A stretch of 59,808 bases of DNA, taken from positions 1 to 59,808 of the IMG/VR virus record IMGVR_UViG_3300044638_005822. One strand, given 5' to 3'. The notes beneath the pieces are model-generated. The model worked only from the letters and a program-made list of their open reading frames with translations. It was not told the origin of the DNA and did not search any database. Positions 45,306-54,108 of the stretch are shown here, piece after piece. The stretch comes from a virus (Duplodnaviria; Caudoviricetes). How positions within the stretch are numbered: position 1 is the first letter of the stretch; the number at the start of each line of letters is the position of its first letter. Both the position numbers and the translations under genes were made by a program.

Positions 45306-45833
45306 CTACGCCACACGCCAGACTCGCACGCCGTCGCCCTCGCGCTGCGTCGCGGTTTTCCATTTTCGTGATCGCCCCCACGACATAAACGCGCTTGCTT
45401 TGGCTCGGTCGGCGAGGAGTGTTGAATCACCCGGAAGCATGCCGTGCAGTTCATCGTACCAACGCGCGCGTCTCGGCTTTGGTGTGCGTGTGGCAATGTT
45501 TGCAGCCCGCAAGTTAAATCCGATTTCTGGATCGGTCGCGCGCAGTTCATTGATCCAATGTTGCTCGCGCTCAATGAGAACGACGGGCGCGCATCGTTCG
45601 AGAATCTCTATGGCAAAATTGATCTTGCCGGCGGCTCTGATTGCCTTGGCGATCATGGATGTATCAGAGGCCGCGCCGTGATCGCCGTATCGGCGAGCGA
45701 TGTCTTTTGATGCTCCAACGTAAATCTTGCCGGTTGCTTGGCAGCGCAGTTTATACACTCCACACACGCCGCTCAAAGGGTTGCGCGTCCGCACCGTCGG
45801 TCCCGTGGGGAGTGGAATATCGTGCGAGATCAT
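45306..45833 (-). CDS. GIY-YIG endonuclease
   Basis: GVYKLRC...KIYVGAS...RRY..H...EREQHWI...GFN. Confidence 0.85.
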   Translation of the reverse strand: MISHDIPLPTGPTVRTRNPLSGVCGVYKLRCQATGKIYVGASKDIARRYGDHGAASDTSMIAKAIRAAGKINFAIEILERCAPVVLIEREQHWINELRATDPEIGFNLRAANIATRTPKPRRARWYDELHGMLPGDSTLLADRAKASAFMSWGRSRKWKTATQREGDGVRVWRVA

Positions 45834-46048
45834 TTGGACGATTTCCGTTTTTTGAGCCGCGCGAGAATGCCCTCCTCGGTAACAGGCCACTGGCGGCGCT
45901 TGCTGGCAGCGCGCTCTATGTCCCAATAGCAGCGCGGCGGAATATCGAGGACGGCGGCGCACTCGGCCTGGGTCAAGCCAAGGCGTTTACGCTCGGCGAT
46001 GAGTTGATCGGTGAATGTGACGGGTTGTGGCGGTTGTTCTGTAATCAT
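45830..46048 (-). CDS. XRE-family HTH regulator
   Basis: LIAERKRLGLTQAECAAVLDIPPRCYWDIER. Confidence 0.85.
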   Translation of the reverse strand: MITEQPPQPVTFTDQLIAERKRLGLTQAECAAVLDIPPRCYWDIERAASKRRQWPVTEEGILARLKKRKSSK

Positions 46049-46084
46049 GCCAGTGACGCTACATGCCCCGTCTTTTTCGTGCAA

Positions 46085-46280
46085 GCGGATTCCGCAAATT
46101 GCAAAAAGCGATTTCCGCGAACATTGGCACGGACTTTGCTTGGCGACTTCCGCCGACTTTCTGCCATAGGTAAAACGCGGATTCCGCGCATTGCTGGCAC
46201 GGGCTTTGCTTGCGAGCCTCTGAAATTATTTGCGATTTCCGCGAAATAGTAGTTGCGCGATTTCCGCGAGTGATTATTCT
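46085..46280 (+). promoter_or_regulatory. Divergent control region with operator array and early promoter
   Basis: GCGATTTCCGCG at 46108, 46232, 46257; GCGGATTCCGC at 46085, 46177; TTGCGC-N16-TATTCT at 46253-46280. Confidence 0.65.
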
Positions 46281-46346
46281 CCGCCTCGTTCAGCAGTGCA
46301 TCCCGCACGGCTGGCGTAACTCCGAAAACTCCAACTCATCCCGACA

Positions 46347-46808
46347 ATGAAAAAGACACTAACACCAGAACAGACAGCAAAGCGCGACGCACGCCGCGCA
46401 GCATTCCAGGCGCTCGCAAAGCGTATCGCAGCCATGACACCGACGGCGCGCGAAGCACTCGCGGCGCAATCCCCCATCGTCAACGTTGAGGGCCGGATGC
46501 TCTCCGCATTCAATCAGTGCATGATCGCGATGCAGATTCCATCCGCGACGGTCGTTGGCGGTTTCCGGCAATGGCTCAAAGCGGGCCGCGCGGTGATGAA
46601 AGGACAGCACGGCGCTTCCATCTGGGTGCCATGCGGCGCGAAGACGACGGACGCAAGCGGGGAACAGTCCACCGAGAAAACGTTCTTCACGTCCGGGACC
46701 GTCTTTGATGTTTCGCAGACCGAGGCGATCGAGGACGCGAACGAGGACAGCGCGCCCGGCACTTGGGCCGACGTGATCGAAACCAACGCAGCACTCCAGC
46801 CCGCTTAA
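46347..46808 (+). CDS. ArdC-like N-terminal ssDNA-binding (anti-restriction) domain protein
   Basis: LSAFNQCMIAMQIPSATVVGGFRQWLKAGRAVMKGQHGASIWVP...VFDVSQT. Confidence 0.8.
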   Translation: MKKTLTPEQTAKRDARRAAFQALAKRIAAMTPTAREALAAQSPIVNVEGRMLSAFNQCMIAMQIPSATVVGGFRQWLKAGRAVMKGQHGASIWVPCGAKTTDASGEQSTEKTFFTSGTVFDVSQTEAIEDANEDSAPGTWADVIETNAALQPA

Positions 46809-46827
46809 TTTCCAACTCATCCCGACA

Positions 46828-47166
46828 ATGAAAAACACGATCAACCCCACCGCCCTTTATTGGGCATCATTCAACCGCTTCGAGTTGCGTATCTCCGGCG
46901 AATGCGTCATGGAATGCTCGCACTCCGGCCCTTGCGACGGCGACGTTGCGCGCCACGCCCCTAAGGTCCGCGCGCAAATGGAGGCCGACAACTTCACGAA
47001 TCGCCCCACGCCGGACAGCATCCGCGCGGAGCTGAAAGAATATGGCGCATGGGACGCGGAGGAACTGGCGGACGACGATCAGAATTGGCTCCGGCTTGTC
47101 TGGATCGCCGCTGGCAACGTCGCGGATGAGAAAAGCCCAGATTGCACGGCTCCCGTGCCCGCCTAG
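46828..47166 (+). CDS. Hypothetical early protein
   Basis: Shares a 25-bp leader with the ArdC-like gene. Confidence 0.7.
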   Translation: MKNTINPTALYWASFNRFELRISGECVMECSHSGPCDGDVARHAPKVRAQMEADNFTNRPTPDSIRAELKEYGAWDAEELADDDQNWLRLVWIAAGNVADEKSPDCTAPVPA

Positions 47167-47271
47167 CCCGTTCCCGTCGCTCTCCGGCATCTGTGCCGGG
47201 GAGCGAGGGGAGCGAGCCAATTCCGGCAGACTCCACAAACCAAAAAACACACAGCCGCACGGCACACTAAA

Positions 47272-47727
47272 ATGAAAACACTGAACCGCAAAGACAACAA
47301 ATCCACCCGCACGATCCGCTTTTTCGACCGCATGTCGAATCTCGGATTCACCCGCGCCGAGGCGGACACGCTCCGGCTCGCACAGTTGACACTCCACCGC
47401 TGGGCGGAACTGGAGTGCGGAGACGGCAACGATCACGCCTCTTGGGCCATCGAACGCGATGAGGAAACCGGCAAGCCCTACATGGTGACATATCCGCACA
47501 ACGGCGCATCCCGCCGGCATCGCATCGCAGATCGGGAAGCGGGCGCGCTCAAACGGATCGCCGCGGTCCTTGCGGAGCATGGCACCCTCTGGAGCTATCA
47601 CCAGACCGATCCCCGCGGATGCGCGCTCTATGTGGGCCGCGTCGCGGATCTCATCGAGCACGGCACCGGCAAGCAGATGGACATTGCATCGTGCTACAAT
47701 CGCGGGATCGCCGTTGTCGTCGGCTAA
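47272..47727 (+). CDS. Hypothetical early protein
   Basis: LHRWAELECG...YHQTDPRGCALY; A/C-rich leader. Confidence 0.7.
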   Translation: MKTLNRKDNKSTRTIRFFDRMSNLGFTRAEADTLRLAQLTLHRWAELECGDGNDHASWAIERDEETGKPYMVTYPHNGASRRHRIADREAGALKRIAAVLAEHGTLWSYHQTDPRGCALYVGRVADLIEHGTGKQMDIASCYNRGIAVVVG

Positions 47728-47745
47728 CTTTCACCACTCCACACG

Positions 47746-47997
47746 ATGAAAAATACACCGAACGCACAGCTTATCGCGGAACTTGATCCCGACGAATATG
47801 ACACCGAGGCCGCGAAGATTGACGACCGCAACGGCAACTTTTCGCCGGATCGGGTGAGCGACTACCTGCAAACGAACATCGTCCTTGAGAGCCTAGCCAA
47901 TGGGCAATTCACGCAAGCGAAAGCACAGTGTGAAGAATACGGGTTACACTATCCAAAAATGCGCCGCGCCGCAGGACTTGACCCGTTCCCTGGCTAA
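47746..47997 (+). CDS. Hypothetical early protein
   Basis: ATG ORF in tandem array, A/C-rich leader. Confidence 0.6.
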   Translation: MKNTPNAQLIAELDPDEYDTEAAKIDDRNGNFSPDRVSDYLQTNIVLESLANGQFTQAKAQCEEYGLHYPKMRRAAGLDPFPG

Positions 47998-48092
47998 CCG
48001 ACCCCGCACAACCCGCCCCTTGCACATCGCATGGGGCGGACGTGCGGAGCCGATTCCCGGCACCGCTGAACCAAACAACCCGACAAGATACC

Positions 48093-49043
48093 ATGAAAAC
48101 ACAGACGAAAATCGACGACCTAAAAAAACACATCGCCGCCGAGTCCGCACGTCACAGGGCGGACGGCGATCTTCACGTCCTCACGGCGGCCCTTCCATCG
48201 CAGGGGGCGGAATGCTGCCACGCATTGCTCGACCGCTACATGACGAGCAACAACGCAGCCACCGACGCAGCCGCCCCGCTCGCCAAGCTGCCAACGTCTC
48301 GCCGGGAACTCGCCGCCAGCACCGCAAAGGCCGCGCTTGAAATCGGACGCAGGGCCGCATTACAGGGCGAGTCTTACAGCGGAAAAACAGACTACCGGGC
48401 AACGTGGGGCGATTCCGCGAACCCCTCCGCGGGCACCTACACCGACAAGGGCGATCAGTATTCTCGGGGATGCACCTACCGGAAGATCGACGCGGATCAC
48501 GTCGTACGCCTCTCGCCGGAGTGGTCGCCGCTCCTCGTCGAGCGCGAGGAGTTGCGCACGCTCTCCGAGCGCGAGGGCTTGTCGCTGATCGGCATTCACG
48601 AAGACGGGCGATGCACATGGGTGAAGCGCAAAGGGAAAACCATCACTTCCGAGGTTGGATGGATCGCCTTTTTTGGCTCAATCTGCTACCACTCCACGAT
48701 CTCACAATCGGATGCCGGCAAGGGGCTCGCCCGCAAGCTCGACGCCGCTCGACGCGAGTGGAGTGGCGAACAGATCCGCCAACTGGACCGCGTGAAATCG
48801 GCAAAAGAGGAACGCCGCGCACGGCTCGTCGCCCGGCTTTGCGGTTCCGTCGTCGCCACGGTCGCCGACGCCCGCGCACTGGGCTTTTGCCCGCCGGGGA
48901 TCGAGCAATTCCAAGCACAGCACGGGATCGGCTCATCCGCGCCGCTCCCGTCACTCATCCGCACGGGCAACCCCTCCGCAATCCGGCTCGCGCTCGCCAT
49001 CGCGCGCCGAGTGAACCGGCACCCCGAAGCGGTCGCCGCGTAG
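48093..49043 (+). CDS. Hypothetical early protein
   Basis: Start after ACAACCCGACAA leader; C-terminal ADARALGFCPPGIEQF motif. Confidence 0.7.
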   Translation: MKTQTKIDDLKKHIAAESARHRADGDLHVLTAALPSQGAECCHALLDRYMTSNNAATDAAAPLAKLPTSRRELAASTAKAALEIGRRAALQGESYSGKTDYRATWGDSANPSAGTYTDKGDQYSRGCTYRKIDADHVVRLSPEWSPLLVEREELRTLSEREGLSLIGIHEDGRCTWVKRKGKTITSEVGWIAFFGSICYHSTISQSDAGKGLARKLDAARREWSGEQIRQLDRVKSAKEERRARLVARLCGSVVATVADARALGFCPPGIEQFQAQHGIGSSAPLPSLIRTGNPSAIRLALAIARRVNRHPEAVAA

Positions 49044-49070
49044 TCTCGACAACCCACAAAGCAAAAAACC

Positions 49071-49283
49071 ATGAAAACAGTCAAAATAACATTCGCCGAC
49101 GGAACCTCAGACATCGTATGCAACGCCAGCGTCGCACAGGATCGGATCGCAGCCCGCTACGGAGTCGAGACGCACACCCTTGTCTCCGACGACAGCGGGG
49201 ATCGAGAATTGATCTGGCTCGATGAGGAAGGCGCCGAAAACGACGACGGCGCGCAGGCCGTCGCCGAAATCCGCCCCGCGTAG
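49071..49283 (+). CDS. Small acidic early protein
   Basis: 70 aa, D/E-rich C-terminus (WLDEEGAENDDG). Confidence 0.65.
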   Translation: MKTVKITFADGTSDIVCNASVAQDRIAARYGVETHTLVSDDSGDRELIWLDEEGAENDDGAQAVAEIRPA

Positions 49284-49353
49284 TCGCGCCACAGCGCGCC
49301 CGGAATGCCACCGGACGCGCAAGGCGCAATTCCGCGCAACAACCCGACAAACC

Positions 49354-49563
49354 ATGAACACATACACGATGCACAACCTCACGACCGGAAAAACCGTCAA
49401 GAAAAACCAGAAGACCGAACCGAAGCTGGCGGGCTTCATCTGCGTATCTCGCGAAAGAGTCACACCCGAAACCAATAGCCGCGGAGATCGGCTATTCCGC
49501 GACGCAAACAACCGCCCGTATTACGCAGCGGCGAACGCCGACGGATCGCACTACCAGCCGTGA
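49354..49563 (+). CDS. Hypothetical early protein
   Basis: Start after ACAACCCGACAA leader. Confidence 0.6.
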   Translation: MNTYTMHNLTTGKTVKKNQKTEPKLAGFICVSRERVTPETNSRGDRLFRDANNRPYYAAANADGSHYQP

Positions 49564-49600
49564 TCAAGACCGCACACTCAATCCAACAACCCGACAACCC

Positions 49601-49789
49601 ATGAAATCACACGACCTGAACTCACTCACGCTCGCCACGGCATCCGCGCGCGGCATCACCTTCGCCGAAGCGCGCCGCGAACTGTCCCGCCGGGGCGCAT
49701 TCGTGCGCCAAACGAACCGCCGCCGCCGCGAGATCGACAGAATCCGCGCCGAGCAAGCCCGCGCAACGGCGGACAGGATCAGCCCCTAG
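49601..49789 (+). CDS. Small Arg-rich early protein
   Basis: Start after ACAACCCGACAA leader. Confidence 0.6.
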   Translation: MKSHDLNSLTLATASARGITFAEARRELSRRGAFVRQTNRRRREIDRIRAEQARATADRISP

Positions 49790-49817
49790 CACAGCAACCC
49801 AAACAACCCGACAAACC

Positions 49818-50261
49818 ATGAAAAACATCACACTTATCACCGCCAAAAACGGCCTTTCGTTCGAGCTTGTCCCCAAGCCCGTCCGCAACGCCGATCTCGG
49901 TCCTCAAATTGTCGTCCACGACGGCGATTTTCGCGTTGCCTCTTACTGCCTCTCCACCTTTCGCGAGAACGTCGCGAAAAAGCAGGGCGTGTGCATCACG
50001 GCTGGCAAATTCGTGAAATATCGAGCCATCGAGTCCGACACGCTCGCCGAGTTGGTCGCGGAAGCTGACGCCCTGCTTTCCGGTACACCGCCGCCGCCCA
50101 CGTCACAGGGCGCGCCGGAACTGCTCGCCGCGCTGGAGCGACTGGCAAACGCCGTCGATGCCAGTTGCCGGGCCATCACCACCGCAGCACTTATCGAGCT
50201 AGACGACGCGACGATCAACGCCCGCGCCGCCATTTCCAAAGCGACGGGGGGTGCGAAGTGA
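49818..50261 (+). CDS. Hypothetical early protein
   Basis: Leader motif; APELLAALE...ARAAISKATG C-terminus common in phage proteins. Confidence 0.65.
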   Translation: MKNITLITAKNGLSFELVPKPVRNADLGPQIVVHDGDFRVASYCLSTFRENVAKKQGVCITAGKFVKYRAIESDTLAELVAEADALLSGTPPPPTSQGAPELLAALERLANAVDASCRAITTAALIELDDATINARAAISKATGGAK

Positions 50262-50452
50262 GCGCCGCAACCGCAAAGCCCCGCGAGCCAATGATCCCCT
50301 ATTGCACTTCCGATATGGAATGGGAAGCCTGCAAGCGTCTCGCCGCTGAATTATGGGCATCGGGCCGGTACAGCGCCGTTACGACCCGCCGCCGCGAGCC
50401 TGAAGGCACTAAGCAATTCGGCAGAATCTACGTGCGGAGGGTGCAGCCATGA
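50258..50452 (+). CDS. Hypothetical protein
   Basis: GTGA and ATGA coupling on both sides. Confidence 0.5.
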   Translation: MSAATAKPREPMIPYCTSDMEWEACKRLAAELWASGRYSAVTTRRREPEGTKQFGRIYVRRVQP

Positions 50453-51147
50453 AGCCCGCCACGACGAAAGCGCACATCCTACGCGCAAAGCTGGCCGAAC
50501 TAGTCGCCCGCGGAGTGGACGGCGAGAGAGACAGCGCCGCCCGCAAGCTCGCGAGGCTGGAGGCCGCGTTCGACTTCACCGCGCCGAACCCGGACGGGGG
50601 CGATCTGTTCGTGAACACGCCCGGAGCATCGAGCGTGCGCCGCGGACAGTACGCGAGGCCGCTGGACGAGGTGTTCCACGACGGGGAGATCGCCGTGTTC
50701 GTGAAATTCGCCATCCTCGCAGCGTACAAAGTGGACGGCACGATCCGCGACAATCGGGACGGCACATTCACAGTGTCCGTCGAGGCGGAGATCGCGAGCA
50801 TGAAGACCCTCAACTTCATAGGGAAGACGCTCCACGACGCCTTCCGCGCCTTGCTCGCCGCATTCCTCAAGTTACCGGGCGCATCCGAGCGGGATTCCCG
50901 GATGTTCATCCGCGCCGTGTACGACGGTGCCTTGAACGACGAGAAGAAACCCGGCGAGAAGTTGCCGGAGCGGTCGCCGACGAAAACAGCCAAGGGGCGG
51001 AAACGCTCGCTTGTGAACGCGCCGGCACTTGCGCTCCACCCTTACACAATAGGACTTGAAATGGGTCGCCGCGTGCGCCTGTGCGTTCCCGTCGAGTCCA
51101 TCACTGGCGAACTGGCGGAGGCCGAGCGGATCGCGCGGCTAAACTAG
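50449..51147 (+). CDS. Hypothetical protein (DUF2786-like N-terminus)
   Basis: KLAELVARGVDGERDSAARKL. Confidence 0.6.
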   Translation: MKPATTKAHILRAKLAELVARGVDGERDSAARKLARLEAAFDFTAPNPDGGDLFVNTPGASSVRRGQYARPLDEVFHDGEIAVFVKFAILAAYKVDGTIRDNRDGTFTVSVEAEIASMKTLNFIGKTLHDAFRALLAAFLKLPGASERDSRMFIRAVYDGALNDEKKPGEKLPERSPTKTAKGRKRSLVNAPALALHPYTIGLEMGRRVRLCVPVESITGELAEAERIARLN

Positions 51148-51198
51148 GACGAAACGGGCGTGCAGCCCGTCGCCGGTAATGCCCGGCCTGATGAGTCC
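51147..51198 (+). ncRNA. Hammerhead ribozyme, type II topology
   Basis: GGAC-GAAA-CGGGC(GTGCA)GCCCG-TC-GCCGG(TAATGC)CCGGC-CTGATGA-GTCC: complete core, three stems, GUC site at 51169-51171. Confidence 0.93.
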
Positions 51199-51222
51199 AC
51201 CACAAACCAACAACCCGACAAA

Positions 51223-51507
51223 ATGAACGAAATCCCGATCAAGTCCATCACCATCGCCCCCGGCTCCACCATCCACAAGACGATCCTCAACACCGGACAA
51301 CCCGGATTCGGCATCGCCACCGTCGTAACACTGGCGGACGGGCGAGAAGTTGCTTCCTTTGAATCATCGAGGCGGAAGCGCGATCTTCTGGCGTGGGTCA
51401 CGTCACAGGGCGAGAAGGCGAAATCCGGAAACATGAAAGCCCTATTCGACGGGGATTGTTACTACGGCACATCCACCGCCTATCGCATCGGCCCCGTCGC
51501 AGCCTGA
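51223..51507 (+). CDS. Hypothetical early protein
   Basis: Start after ribozyme and ACAACCCGACAA leader. Confidence 0.65.
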   Translation: MNEIPIKSITIAPGSTIHKTILNTGQPGFGIATVVTLADGREVASFESSRRKRDLLAWVTSQGEKAKSGNMKALFDGDCYYGTSTAYRIGPVAA

Positions 51508-51520
51508 ACCACTCCGAGCC

Positions 51521-51733
51521 ATGAAATCACTCGTAAAGCTGCAAGCCCTGCAAATAATGGCGAACTCCGCAAACAGCGGGATCACAGTCCACTCGTACCC
51601 GCAGCAGGACAAGCGCCGCACCGTGCCGATGTTCTTCGCCAACATCGGAACCGTCACGATCTCGCCCGTGCTCGACTATACCGCCCTGAATTGCTTCCTG
51701 ATGGGATACTCCAAGGCGATCCGCTCCAAATAA
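51521..51733 (+). CDS. Hypothetical protein
   Basis: Tandem ORF, AACCACTCC leader. Confidence 0.6.
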   Translation: MKSLVKLQALQIMANSANSGITVHSYPQQDKRRTVPMFFANIGTVTISPVLDYTALNCFLMGYSKAIRSK

Positions 51734-51740
51734 CCACTCC

Positions 51741-51980
51741 ATGAAAAAACGCACAAACAAGCCCCCATCCATCACCACCACCGCCCTGCTCGCCATCGCG
51801 AACGCTGGGCACACAGCGAAACGCCTGCGCGCCGACCTGATGGCCGCCAACGTCGCGCTGACGGTCGAAGGAAACGACACCGCAGCCGAACGACTGGCGC
51901 ACGGGCATCTACTGCCAATCCTGCAAACGCTCGCGACGATCCAGGACTCCATCGCAGCCCTTCACAACGCTTGTAAATGA
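51741..51980 (+). CDS. Hypothetical protein
   Basis: Tandem ORF, AACCACTCC leader. Confidence 0.55.
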   Translation: MKKRTNKPPSITTTALLAIANAGHTAKRLRADLMAANVALTVEGNDTAAERLAHGHLLPILQTLATIQDSIAALHNACK

Positions 51981-52162
51981 ACCCCGATTCCCTTATCGTT
52001 TCCGCCTTGGTGGACACCCTAGAGCGCCGGCACGCCAACGGCCAGCTCTACACGGCCCGCGAGGTGCTCGCAGTGCTCCGCGGGTCCGCAGACATCCACG
52101 ACCCGTCAATCGCCGCGAAGATCGGCGCGTATCTGGACGAATCCCGCGCGGCGTCGCTCTAG
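51977..52162 (+). CDS. Hypothetical protein
   Basis: ATGA coupling; last gene before terminator. Confidence 0.55.
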   Translation: MNPDSLIVSALVDTLERRHANGQLYTAREVLAVLRGSADIHDPSIAAKIGAYLDESRAASL

Positions 52163-52180
52163 CAGCCAACTCGACACGAC

Positions 52181-52219
52181 AAGCTCGCGCTTCACGTCAC
52201 AGGGCAGCGCGGGCTTTTT
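52181..52219 (+). terminator. Intrinsic terminator of the early operon
   Basis: AAGCTCGCGCT...AGCGCGGGCTT stem followed by a T-tract at a convergence point. Confidence 0.6.
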
Positions 52220-52439
52220 CGTGCCGTCATCGGTCTTATCCTGCCCAGCCCGCGCGCGTATTGCTCGACGTGTGTTCTGTGCTCCTCGGCATAGCCGGGG
52301 CAGCGGCGGAGCAGCCACAAGTGGCAGGCGATGCGAATGTCGTCGCATGATTCGCCATGGCGTTTGCTGGATACGGCGTCGCGCTCCTTCCAGCGGGAGC
52401 GGTAGTTCAAATGGGTGTTGGCGGAATGGCTTATGTTTC

Positions 52440-52670
52440 TCATGGGGTGGGGCTAGGGGTTCGTGCAGCGTCGGCGATGAGCACGCAATCTGGCAAATAT
52501 TGCCACCACTCCACAACGATGGAGTCGAATGCCGCCGGATTGTCGTGCCAGCATCGCGTGCGCGTGCTATACCATACGAGCATTGGCCGGTTTCCCACCA
52601 CGCCAATGACGGTCAGCGGAAGTGTCGGGGGTTTGGTGCCGGGGTTCCAAGGGTTTACTGTTTTGGTCAT
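52440..52670 (-). CDS. Hypothetical protein
   Basis: W...KPP...V...WWQYLP pattern of small phage proteins. Confidence 0.55.
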   Translation of the reverse strand: MTKTVNPWNPGTKPPTLPLTVIGVVGNRPMLVWYSTRTRCWHDNPAAFDSIVVEWWQYLPDCVLIADAARTPSPTP

Positions 52671-52692
52671 AAATTGCAGATTTTATAGCACC

Positions 52693-53244
52693 TTATTCCG
52701 CCGTGTATATCTCCGTTTGTCGTTTCAGCGGTGATGGAAACTCCAGCTTGTTGTCGGTGAAGCTGCGCTCCCGAAAAACAACGTGGTTCGTTGGCTGCAC
52801 GGTAAGATGGTCGTTGTCGAGCCGCACAAAGCTGAACTCCTTGGCCTGCTCGGGGTATGCTGAAAACCCGTCACCCACTGGCGACACGGTGAACAGATAC
52901 TCCCCAAGATGTTGCTTGCGATTTGCCATGACTTTGCACTCCAGCCCTCGCAAGAAGGTGTATTCTACCGCCGACCAATCCCACCCGTAGCAGTCCCACG
53001 TTTGGGCATCGCGCTCCGTCCACTTGCCCTTCGGTTTATTGCTGAACGCAATGGCGTGAGAGGGGATGTTGCGGTAGATCGCTCCTGACTCCAGCATCAC
53101 CGTGCAGCCCCAGACGCGGCCAGGATAGCAGACTAGCCCATACCAGACTGCGGGAATGTAGCCGCACGGAACTCTGTGAGTGTGTCGTGAGTCCACCCAA
53201 ACGTAAAGGTGGCGTGGAATTTCTCCTGTTAGTGTATTTCTCAT
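52693..53244 (-). CDS. Hypothetical phage protein
   Basis: 183 aa, globular composition (GAIYRNIP, QTWDC, QPTN). Confidence 0.7.
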   Translation of the reverse strand: MRNTLTGEIPRHLYVWVDSRHTHRVPCGYIPAVWYGLVCYPGRVWGCTVMLESGAIYRNIPSHAIAFSNKPKGKWTERDAQTWDCYGWDWSAVEYTFLRGLECKVMANRKQHLGEYLFTVSPVGDGFSAYPEQAKEFSFVRLDNDHLTVQPTNHVVFRERSFTDNKLEFPSPLKRQTEIYTAE

Positions 53245-53277
53245 CGGGTTTCGTCTTTTGGCACTTAATACACTGTT

Positions 53278-53499
53278 TCATCTGTCCTCCAATGAGTCCA
53301 TTGCTCGGTCCATCGCTTCTCCTGGGTCAAGTTCAGCGCCGCAATGCAAGCACATGAAATTTTCCACCTCCTCATGTTCGCATTCCTGCTGCTCCCGGTA
53401 GAGCCGCGCGGCCTCAGCGCCCATGCACGTAGGGCAGTCAGGGGCGCCGCAGTCGCGAAGGCGGCAGCCGCGCATCGGTCGCGTCAAGTGCGTGGGCAT
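53278..53499 (-). CDS. Small Cys-rich protein
   Basis: CGAPDCPTC, CEH...CLHCG. Confidence 0.55.
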   Translation of the reverse strand: MPTHLTRPMRGCRLRDCGAPDCPTCMGAEAARLYREQQECEHEEVENFMCLHCGAELDPGEAMDRAMDSLEDR

Positions 53500-53642
53500 G
53501 GGCGTGGGTTCATTTTGGGGGTTTTCCTCGGTCGTCCCTTCGGCCATCCGCCTTTTTTCGCGTTGCGCCGTGCGGCCTTCGCCTTGGCCTCGGAGGTCGC
53601 GAGACCTCCGAGGCGTCCGAGTGCTTGTGCCGCGCGGTTCAT
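53484..53642 (-). CDS. Small basic protein (G-x-LGG...KKGG-P type)
   Basis: MNRAAQALGRLGGLATSEAKAKAARRNAKKGGWPKGRPRK. Confidence 0.7.
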   Translation of the reverse strand: MNRAAQALGRLGGLATSEAKAKAARRNAKKGGWPKGRPRKTPKMNPRPCPRT

Positions 53643-53875
53643 GCCACCCGTACGAGACCGCGCTCGTCCGCCAAGAAAGTCACGCCTTCGGCCCATGCCG
53701 ATCCGCTTACATAGCGGATTGTTTCGCCGCCGCCGCGTCCGTTCGCCGGGCCGTTGTGCGGATATGCCGCACACACTTCCCCAACTTTTGGCATCCTGCT
53801 GCCCTTGGGGCAGATCATCATGGCGCTGTTCTGGCCAGCGTCGGCCTTTTCGATGTTGTCTTGTGTGGTGTTCAC
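53639..53875 (-). CDS. Hypothetical protein
   Basis: Directly after promoter/palindrome; ATGA-coupled to next gene. Confidence 0.5.
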   Translation of the reverse strand: MNTTQDNIEKADAGQNSAMMICPKGSRMPKVGEVCAAYPHNGPANGRGGGETIRYVSGSAWAEGVTFLADERGLVRVA

Positions 53876-53882
53876 GGTGCAG

Positions 53883-53910
53883 AGAATACCAAAGCGCTTT
53901 GGTATTACAA
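53883..53910 (-). promoter_or_regulatory. Promoter with perfect 22-bp palindromic operator
   Basis: TTGTAA-N16-TATTCT enclosing AATACCAAAGCGCTTTGGTATT (53885-53906). Confidence 0.7.
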
Positions 53911-54108
53911 GAGAAAAGATGAGCGTGGCGTGCGATTGTTTGCAAGTCGTTGATTTGTGTCCGCACTACGCGCGAAGAAAAAACGACTTTCACGGCCACG
54001 GCTCCCAGAACGTCATCGCCTCGACCGCGCGCAAAAGCTCGGCAAATCCGGCGATGATTTCGTCGTGCGTGAGGCGGCGCGGCATGTGCGGGAAAAAGTC
54101 GAGTTGAG

